Positions 19,092 through 25,238 of a stretch of 64,000 bases of DNA are shown piece after piece. Origin of the DNA: a virus. Its lineage: Duplodnaviria > Caudoviricetes. The notes under the pieces were generated by a model, which worked only from the letters and a program-made list of their open reading frames with translations, was not told the DNA's origin and searched no databases. The stretch spans positions 1 to 64,000 of IMG/VR virus record IMGVR_UViG_2595698357_000001. One strand, written 5' to 3'. Each line of letters opens with the position of its first letter. Position 1 is the first letter of the stretch. A program made the translations under genes and the position numbers.

Positions 19092-19130
19092 GATAGCCTC
19101 CGGTTTCAACATATTTAGCCGAATCCAGGA

Positions 19131-19165
19131 TAAAAAGAAGCCCAGGTCAATCCCTACCTGGGCTG
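19131..19165 (-). terminator. Terminator closing the RNA cassette
   Basis: AGCCCAGGT-AGGGATTG-ACCTGGGCT followed by TCTTTTT on the minus strand. Confidence 0.8.
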
Positions 19166-19173
19166 TTGAAATT

Positions 19174-19250
19174 TGGCACCCCCGAAGGGGTGGGCTTCCG
19201 TCAATTTACTGTTAGACAAGCCACTGCCCGCAGACCAGCTGGCGACCGGT
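19174..19250 (-). ncRNA. Small CCA-ended structured RNA (putative)
   Basis: Ends CACCCC-TTCG-GGGGTG-CCA; 5' boundary uncertain. Confidence 0.35.
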
Positions 19251-19251
19251 T

Positions 19252-19325
19252 TGGCCGGGAGTCTAGGATTCGAACCTAGGACTCAAGCACCCTGTGCTTG
19301 CGTTTTACCGCTAAACTACTTCCCG
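19252..19325 (-). ncRNA. tRNA-Pro-like RNA with closed anticodon loop
   Basis: D arm GTTT/AAAC, T arm CTAGG-TTCGAAT-CCTAG, CCA end. Anticodon arm CAAGCAC-AGG-GTGCTTG lacks U33. Two acceptor mismatches. Confidence 0.7.
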
Positions 19326-19328
19326 ATT

Positions 19329-19404
19329 TGGTAGTCCCTGTTGGCTTTGAACCAACGACCAAGCGATTATGAGTCGCATGCTCTAACCACTGAGCTAAGG
19401 GACT
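19329..19404 (-). tRNA. tRNA with CAU anticodon, Ile2 (lysidine) type
   Basis: 76 nt canonical cloverleaf AGTCCCTTAGCTCAGTGGTTAGAGCATGCGACTCATAATCGCTTGGTCG...ACCA, very close to E. coli ileX as recalled. Confidence 0.92.
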
Positions 19405-19407
19405 GAA

Positions 19408-19612
19408 TGGTGTACTCAACCAAGGGATGCTAGACCTTATTTCCCGTTTGCGCATGATCAGTTCATGCGAGCCTCTTGAGCACCTTGCGGCAACTCTTCT
19501 GAAGGTCATCGGCCTGCTCTGGCCTCACTCCAGGAGTTTATTTTTCCAGGGCTTTCCATTCACATGTCTTAACCAGACCGGGATTCGGGCATGTGAAATT
19601 GGGTTGAGTACA
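19408..19612 (-). ncRNA. 205-nt CCA-ended structured RNA
   Basis: Perfect 11-bp terminal stem TGTACTCAACC/GGTTGAGTACA plus CCA; internal stems TTCACATG/CATGTGAA and CGCATGA/TCATGCG; GCAA tetraloop. Confidence 0.7.
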
Positions 19613-19616
19613 TTTT

Positions 19617-19784
19617 TGGCACCCGAGTGAGGATTCGAACCTCCTTATCCTTCTATCGTCTGGTCATACTCGCCCCGATTATCCTAGGTTCATCGGTTGC
19701 TTTCATCCCATATTGTCGTCGGACTACCCCGTTCCTCCTATCCCCGTCATTGGTGGCCTACCTCAGGGGGTGGGTAACTCGGAT
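19617..19784 (-). ncRNA. 168-nt RNA with tRNA-like acceptor and T arm, GGA-rich body
   Basis: ATCCGAGT/ACTCGGGT-G-CCA; T arm GAGG-TTCGAAT-CCTC. Confidence 0.7.
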
Positions 19785-19883
19785 TCAATTCTTGCTGGCT
19801 TACCATGCCAGCCGGGTCGCGATTTCAAAGTGTCCAACCACAGGATACTCAGAAGGTTTATCACAACGGTGAGGACACTGTTT

Positions 19884-19919
19884 CCAACGTTCTCAATGTT
19901 CTCAACGTTCTCAACGTTG
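19884..19919. repeat. Four 9-nt tandem repeats (TCAACGTTC)
   Basis: CCAACGTTC TCAATGTTC TCAACGTTC TCAACGTTG. Confidence 0.85.
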
Positions 19920-19924
19920 TGGTT

Positions 19925-19985
19925 TGGTGCACACAAGCAGGAGTCTAACCTGAAGTCCCTGCACTATGCCGGGCGTCTTGCATGC
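19925..19985 (-). ncRNA. D-armless tRNA-like mini RNA (about 61 nt)
   Basis: GCATGCAAG/CTTGTGTGC-A-CCA; T arm CAGG-TTAGACT-CCTG; one central hairpin. Confidence 0.6.
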
Positions 19986-19993
19986 ACCAAATT

Positions 19994-20167
19994 TGGCGCC
20001 ATGTCCTGGGGACGATCCAGGTGGGCTACCAGCTTTCAATCAAGGTCTCAGGTCCACGCAGTCCCGTCAACAACGATTTAGTTACTGGGTAGTCCTATGC
20101 CCAACCTCACCACTCATTTTAACGTTTCGCCTCCCTCTGCGTGGAGGAGGGAGCTAGAGCGTATGGC
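19994..20167 (-). ncRNA. About 174-nt CCA-ended RNA with T-like arm and probable pseudoknot
   Basis: GCCAT/ATGGC-G-CCA; CCTGG-ATCGTCC-CCAGG; loop of hairpin CTCCCTC/GAGGGAG is complementary to downstream CTGCGTGGA. Confidence 0.55.
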
Positions 20168-20191
20168 CGCAAACAAGGCAGTAATCTTTAT

Positions 20192-20265
20192 TGGTGTTGA
20201 GCACGGGTTTCAGTTATCCACAACTTCGACGCGCTCCCCATTGCTGGGAATATTATGTGCTCAAC
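20192..20265 (-). ncRNA. 74-nt CCA-ended RNA
   Basis: 9-bp stem GTTGAGCAC/GTGCTCAAC-A-CCA; internal TTCCCA-GCAA-TGGGGA. Confidence 0.6.
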
Positions 20266-20278
20266 CCAATAAAGACTT

Positions 20279-20785
20279 TGGAATCGCCCAGAGCAAGACT
20301 TCAGGCGGGCAGCGAGATCATCAGCAGGTTAGATGAGTGTCTCACTCCGGGCTATCCAAGGCCGGCCGATGGATTTCACAACCACTCATAAGAGCCTGAG
20401 CTGGCGCGGGTTGATAGCCCGGTTATGAAGCATCGAGTGATGCAAGTTACCTCACATCTCAGAGTTCGGTCAGTGGCTGCTTTGTCCTGGCTTCCGCCGT
20501 CGTACAACCGAACTCTGAGATGTGCGCCCCGAAGGGCGCCACGACCATTCTTTAACAGAGATGCCGAGTCTCTGGGCTTCTACCTTTTAGAGCTTCAGCC
20601 GTTTACAGGCACTGCCTGTGTTGGTATACAGCGAAAGCAACAGCGTAACAACACGTCATGCGGTGGCATAACTGAGAAGATTATCACCACGCCTGGTTAA
20701 CTGTGAATCCAGCGCCCCTGACAATAACCCTCTCAGTTATGTTCCCCCGTTTCTAATACACGGACGGGGGCACTCCATGGTCGTT
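20279..20785 (-). ncRNA. Large multi-helix structured RNA region (about 500 nt)
   Basis: 18-bp inverted repeat 20453-20470/20507-20524, 11-bp 20667-20677/20731-20741, CCGGGCTATC/GATAGCCCGG, UUCG hairpin, ends in CCA; no credible ORF. Confidence 0.55.
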
Positions 20786-20998
20786 TGGTAACGAGGGCGA
20801 CTCACCCCTCGCTGTGGGTTCGCGGTTAAGCGACCATCAGATACGCGTTATCGTTTGCATTTGATTTATGTGGTCAGTTTTCAAAAAGCCCGCATAATCG
20901 CTACGACGAGAACGAAAACCTGTTTGGGGTTAAGGGGGCGTTTCCGTGTGACTCGACCTCGACCCAGTCACCACTTAACCCCAAACAGCTTACCGCTC
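20786..20998 (-). ncRNA. Structured RNA containing a tmRNA-like tag frame
   Basis: 15-bp stem 20920-20934/20974-20988, then AAATCAAAT|GCA AAC GAT AAC GCG TAT CTG ATG GTC GCT TAA; 3' hairpin followed by TTACCA. Confidence 0.55.
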
Positions 20999-21008
20999 TA
21001 TGAATCTA

Positions 21009-21034
21009 ACTATACTCACCAACTTGTTATTGAC
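21009..21034 (-). promoter_or_regulatory. Promoter for the RNA cassette
   Basis: GTCAAT-N14-TATAGT; shares a 19-nt block with the promoter at 21599-21622. Confidence 0.7.
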
Positions 21035-21049
21035 AAAAACTTTATTTTA

Positions 21050-21140
21050 GGGTGGCCGGGGTGGTTCTCGAAGCCACAACATCGCGCTAATGTCGCCTCA
21101 GGCTGTACGCGCGCCACTCTACCAATTGAGCTACCCGGCC
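21050..21140 (-). ncRNA. tRNA-like RNA with expanded anticodon domain
   Basis: Acceptor GGCCGGG/CCCGGCC, D arm GCTC-AATTGGTA-GAGT, T loop TTCGAGA. Anticodon stem CGCGC/GCGCG encloses 21 nt with GCC-TGA-GGC. Ends ACCC. Confidence 0.7.
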
Positions 21141-21155
21141 AAAGTATGACATTCA

Positions 21156-21245
21156 ACATGGTTGGGAGATTAGCAGCCTCCGACCTCCCCTTACCGGGTC
21201 ATGACTCCGGCGGGGCGCTCTCGTTTTTCTGAGCTACAACCATGT
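21156..21245 (-). ncRNA. tRNA-like RNA with extended anticodon arm, no encoded CCA
   Basis: ACATGGTTG/CAACCATGT, D arm GCTC/GAGC, CCCC-G-CCGG-AGTCATGAC-CCGG-TAA-GGGG, degenerate T arm GGAG/CTCC. Confidence 0.6.
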
Positions 21246-21397
21246 CAAATGAAAGGATGTTTCGTATTCCTTACGGCTCCAGGCGTCCCCGGTGCGGCTG
21301 TTGGTGATTATTCTGCCTATTTACCTGCGCCCCTGGCTTTGGGATTACCACACTTGGATTCAGGTCCGCCGTGTGCAGGCTATTTCCCTCAATTTGT

Positions 21398-21574
21398 TTA
21401 CTTAGCCCCGGTCTCGTCTCTACACGACCCGAAGTCGTGTGTCCCGTGGGGGATCCCACAAAACTCAGAGAATTTGGCAACCCCACCATGTGTCGGATCA
21501 CCTTGTATAGTCGGCATCACCAGGGCAAGTAATGTTCCGACCGCGAGAAGTAACACCAGAAGAATCAGTTCCAT
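21398..21574 (-). CDS. Small membrane or secreted peptide (58 aa, absent from ORF track)
   Basis: RBS GAGGAGG; MELILLVLLLAVGTLLALVMPTIQGDPTHGGVAKFSEFCGIPHGTHDFGSCRDETGAK. Confidence 0.65.
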   Translation of the reverse strand: MELILLVLLLAVGTLLALVMPTIQGDPTHGGVAKFSEFCGIPHGTHDFGSCRDETGAK

Positions 21575-21598
21575 TTGTCCCTCCTCGCTATGAATCTA

Positions 21599-21622
21599 AC
21601 TATACTGCAACTCTTTATTGAT
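21599..21622 (-). promoter_or_regulatory. Promoter, paralog of 21009-21034
   Basis: ATCAAT-N12-TATAGT followed by TAGATTCATAG. Confidence 0.55.
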
Positions 21623-21633
21623 AAAAGCGCTTT

Positions 21634-22221
21634 TTACAAAAATTTATTCGCTACGTTGTTGAAAATAAACACATAATCAGAAGCACGCTCGGACGACATA
21701 TAATGAGTGCTTGGCTTGCTGTGCGGGTTCAGGGTTTGCTGCAGGCCGACACGCTCTGCCCAGCCATTGATGTTGGAACCGTAAAAGCCGATCACGCCGA
21801 CAGGCCAGATGCGACCACTGTCGCTGCGGATGTACTGAACTTCGAATTGCTTGTCACCACGGATCTCTACCAGGTGAATACGGAAGCGGGATTGTCTCCC
21901 TTCCGGCGTGGTCATGTGTGGCATCGGGTTGTAGATGTTGCCGAAGCGTTTACGGCGCGCCTGTGAGGATTGTTCCAATTCGGACTTCAGCATCTCACTA
22001 CACATGATGTTGATAGACATGGTCTTGCCAGTAGTCAACTCATATTGTGCCAGGCGCAGGGCTGTGACGGATATCTCACTGAACCCAACACCCTTGCCAG
22101 TACGTTCTTTCACATAGCCTGAGATGCGGTTCATGATTTCCATGTTGTTACTGCCTGCCCAGTTGTCGCACACAGGCTGGATATACTTCTGTACCACTGT
22201 TTTGATCTGCATGTTCTTCAT
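21634..22221 (-). CDS. Hypothetical protein
   Basis: 195 aa, RBS GAGGA, promoter ATCAAT-N14-TATTAT at 22257-22282. Confidence 0.8.
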   Translation of the reverse strand: MKNMQIKTVVQKYIQPVCDNWAGSNNMEIMNRISGYVKERTGKGVGFSEISVTALRLAQYELTTGKTMSINIMCSEMLKSELEQSSQARRKRFGNIYNPMPHMTTPEGRQSRFRIHLVEIRGDKQFEVQYIRSDSGRIWPVGVIGFYGSNINGWAERVGLQQTLNPHSKPSTHYMSSERASDYVFIFNNVANKFL

Positions 22222-22239
22222 TTACGGTGTCCTCACCAT

Positions 22240-22570
22240 GATAAATAGTCCTACATATAATAGTTGCTCCTCAGTTATTGATTATAAGTGGTTATAAGCG
22301 AATCTAATGAGCCATTAGAATGTTTAATAACCACTAATGTCCTAACAAAATTAAGGGAAGTAAGATACCATACCAAAGTGTAGGGTTAAAAACCATTTTT
22401 CATGGAACAAGATTCCAGGTACAGTTTTTGCTGTGCCTTTGAACGAGTAGTTCGAGCAAAGCGAGAACTGCGAGGTCACTTGTTTTGACCTTATCCGAGC
22501 GTAGCGAGTGATTAATATTATCTCAGTAATTGTAATACTGAAATATCGCGCGAGAGCAATTCCTCATTTC
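22240..22570. other. Non-coding strand-switch region, putative replication origin
   Basis: AT-rich tract plus CGAGCAAAGCGAG and CCGAGCGTAGCGAGT motifs. Confidence 0.4.
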
Positions 22571-22584
22571 GCAAAGCCCCCTGC

Positions 22585-22591
22585 CTAAATA
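22585..22591 (+). promoter_or_regulatory. Late promoter CTAAATA
   Basis: Upstream of gp6. The same motif occurs at 26508, 30063, 32682, 35159, 41916, 52500, 55639, 56250, 57934, 59149 and 60010, each before a structural gene. Confidence 0.8.
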
Positions 22592-22626
22592 GCTCTAACA
22601 CCATTATTGTGATTGGAGTTCTACCC

Positions 22627-24399
22627 ATGGCAAAGCAATCCATAACAGGTCTGGACGTCAGAGCGCTCGAGTACCTGATCAAACAGCGCATGAAAGCCGA
22701 TCCTACCTTCAAAGACTATGACTTCGAGGGCGCAGGTCTCAGTGCGATAATCCGTCTGCTGTCTATGGACACCAACACCAAGGCTTTCCTGTTGAACATG
22801 GTCAGCGGTGAAGGACATCTGCAGACAGCACAACAGCGGGTGAACGCAGCGCTCAGCTCCCAATTCCTGTCCTACACGCCAAGCAACTACAAGGCCGCGT
22901 ATCTGTATGCTGACATCAAGGTCACGCCATACGATTCCACGACCGCCCCGGCTCAGCTGGTGCTGGATCGCAAGGCCATGTTCATCGGCGTGAAGGACAA
23001 CAAATCCTACAACTTCACAGTTGACAACCCGGTACAGACCACACTGGTAGACGGCTCCTATCTGTTCAAGGACGTCATGCTGGTCCAGGGCAACTGGATG
23101 TACAAGACTTACACGGTTGAAGGTTCGGCGATTTCTCCTTATGTCGTCCCTTCGAAGGATGCTGACATCGACCGCATGCATGTGCAGGTACAGGCCAGCG
23201 AAACCTCGGATTCGTTCGTGACATTCAACCGTTACCAGACTGCGTTTGACCTCGGCCAGACATCCAACCTGTACTACGTTGAGTTGGGCATCGACGGCTA
23301 CTACAGCATAGAGTTTGGTGACGGCTTCATCTCGCGCCGGGTTGAAGACCGCAACGTTGTCTATCTCCAGTATCTAGTGAGCCAGGGTTCGCTGGGCAAC
23401 GACATCACGTCCATCACCTCAGCATCGTCCATCGGTGGCTTCAGCCAGATCGATGTTACCATCACTTCTGAGCGCTCCAAAGGCGGGTCTGATCCTGAGA
23501 CCATTGAGAGCATGCAGCGTATGGCTCCATTGGCGTACCAAGCCCAAGGGGCTGCAGTTGCTGAGACCGACTATGCCGTGCTGCTCAAACGTCTGTTCCC
23601 GAGCGTAGCCCAAGCGCGCGCCTATGGTGGTGAGACTCTTGAAATGCCAGCGCCGGGCTACGTGTACATCGCCGCCATTCCAACGGTGGGTGATGCGTTC
23701 ACTGCTGAAGAAAAGGCTGATATGGAAAAGGCGTTGGACAAATACAATGTGGGTTCCATTACTCCGAGGATCGTGGACGCAGACGTGTACCTCATCAACG
23801 TCAACACATTGGTGTTCTGGGATCCAACGACCACGGTCTACAGTGACGAGCAGATCAAGGAGCTGGTGTCTGAGAAGGTGAAAGCCTGGGGCAAATCCAA
23901 CCTGGAAGGGTTCAGTGAGATCTTCGACAAACAGATCCTGGAGAACGCGATCACCAACTTTGATCGCTCAATCATCTCCAACATCACTGATGTGCGCTAC
24001 GCCAAGGTCTTCTCACCAACGCCGGGTATCGCTGAGACGTTCTCTTTCAGCTTCTCCCGGACGCTCAAGGTAGGCTCAGTGTATATCAGTGGGTTCAAGC
24101 CGCTGCCTGCTGAGGTGGATTTCACCTACTACATCAAGGACGTGAACGGCAACCTGGCGATGTACAAAGTATCGAATGACAGCGGCAACTCATTCTTCGT
24201 GCAGAACGTGGGCGTCGTTGACTACGCCAAGGGTGTCATCACCCTGAACAACTTCGTGGTTTCCAAATTCGATGATGGCGGCGTGACTCTGTCTGTCGCT
24301 CCAGAAGGGGACAACCAGAACCTGGCCTCCGTGCAGAACCAAATCCTCAGGATTGGCTCAGTGCAAGTGAATACAGAGGTGCGCTATGTCGGGTCTTAA
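22627..24399 (+). CDS. 6: Baseplate wedge protein gp6
   Basis: FKDYDFEGAGLS, IEFGDG, GGSDPETIES...AP...Q..AV...DY motifs of T4 gp6. Confidence 0.92.
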   Translation: MAKQSITGLDVRALEYLIKQRMKADPTFKDYDFEGAGLSAIIRLLSMDTNTKAFLLNMVSGEGHLQTAQQRVNAALSSQFLSYTPSNYKAAYLYADIKVTPYDSTTAPAQLVLDRKAMFIGVKDNKSYNFTVDNPVQTTLVDGSYLFKDVMLVQGNWMYKTYTVEGSAISPYVVPSKDADIDRMHVQVQASETSDSFVTFNRYQTAFDLGQTSNLYYVELGIDGYYSIEFGDGFISRRVEDRNVVYLQYLVSQGSLGNDITSITSASSIGGFSQIDVTITSERSKGGSDPETIESMQRMAPLAYQAQGAAVAETDYAVLLKRLFPSVAQARAYGGETLEMPAPGYVYIAAIPTVGDAFTAEEKADMEKALDKYNVGSITPRIVDADVYLINVNTLVFWDPTTTVYSDEQIKELVSEKVKAWGKSNLEGFSEIFDKQILENAITNFDRSIISNITDVRYAKVFSPTPGIAETFSFSFSRTLKVGSVYISGFKPLPAEVDFTYYIKDVNGNLAMYKVSNDSGNSFFVQNVGVVDYAKGVITLNNFVVSKFDDGGVTLSVAPEGDNQNLASVQNQILRIGSVQVNTEVRYVGS

Positions 24400-25237
24400 T
24401 AACGGGATGAACGGGACAAAATATGACGTCCCGTTGTATTTCCTCAATGAGTACCCGCGATTCATCGAGTTCATGGACTTGTTCTATGACTGGTTGTATC
24501 GCCAACAGGGATTCACGGCTGAGGAGATCCAACGATATCTGGCAGATCCAAGCAGCTGGGTTGACCAGTTCTCTAATGAGTCGCCATTAGAACAACTAAT
24601 CGCGATAAAGGCGACCAAGACGGTGGGGACAGGCACTATTGATTATCTGTCTGATCACTTCCTGGTGCGTTCATTTGAGAACCTGCTCAGCATGGACTTC
24701 ACCCTTGAAGATGTCGAGGGGCGGCCTCTGTTCGCTGAGAATGACAAAGACGCCAACATCAACGCATGGTATGACGACTTTGGCTTCCAGCGCACTGCAG
24801 ACAAATCGTTCCCCGACTTCGGTGAGTTCGTGCCAGCCGGGTCTGATGGGCTGTTGACCAGCGATGGTGACACGTTCTCTGTGTTCGTGGACGACACCAA
24901 ACGTCGTACCCTGGATCACCCTCGCTGGCTGAAGCTGCTGAAACATATATACAGCATCAGGGGTACACGCAAGGCTATTGAATTGTTCTTCTGGATTTAC
25001 TTCGGTGTTCCTGTGAAGATCAAAGAGCCAAAGAACGAGATCGGCGGGCTGGATGACAACTTCGACCTCGATGGCTATGTTGGCCTCCGTGACGATTACT
25101 ACTATGACGAATTCAGCTATGTGATTATGGTTCCAGGCGACATCACTGAGATCCAGGGCGTGTTTGACAAGGTCTTCCGTCAGCACTTCCATCCGGCTGG
25201 CTTCACTGTATTCTTAGAAAATTCAAGAGGGCAATAA
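24386..25237 (+). CDS. Baseplate wedge protein (gp7-like)
   Basis: EYPRFIEFM..FY, IYSIRGT..AIELFF, DDYYYDEFSYVI, HPAGF; follows gp6. Confidence 0.8.
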   Translation: MSGLNNGMNGTKYDVPLYFLNEYPRFIEFMDLFYDWLYRQQGFTAEEIQRYLADPSSWVDQFSNESPLEQLIAIKATKTVGTGTIDYLSDHFLVRSFENLLSMDFTLEDVEGRPLFAENDKDANINAWYDDFGFQRTADKSFPDFGEFVPAGSDGLLTSDGDTFSVFVDDTKRRTLDHPRWLKLLKHIYSIRGTRKAIELFFWIYFGVPVKIKEPKNEIGGLDDNFDLDGYVGLRDDYYYDEFSYVIMVPGDITEIQGVFDKVFRQHFHPAGFTVFLENSRGQ

Positions 25238-25238
25238 A

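Noticed and set aside
19329-19404. tRNA-Met call from the CAT anticodon
   Set aside because: The body matches ileX-type tRNA-Ile2 and lacks initiator features such as the C1-A72 mismatch and the three GC pairs in the anticodon stem.
19884-19919. CRISPR array
   Set aside because: The 9-nt units are contiguous with no spacers, and no cas genes are present.
20279-21000. Complete canonical tmRNA gene
   Set aside because: No alanine acceptor with G3-U70 flanks the tag frame, and none of the CCA units I folded has one. Only the tag-like frame is reported.
19276-21593. ORF-track ORFs across the RNA cassette
   Set aside because: They lack convincing RBSs, have atypical composition and overlap clear RNA structures. 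Only the manually found 21398-21574 ORF was kept.
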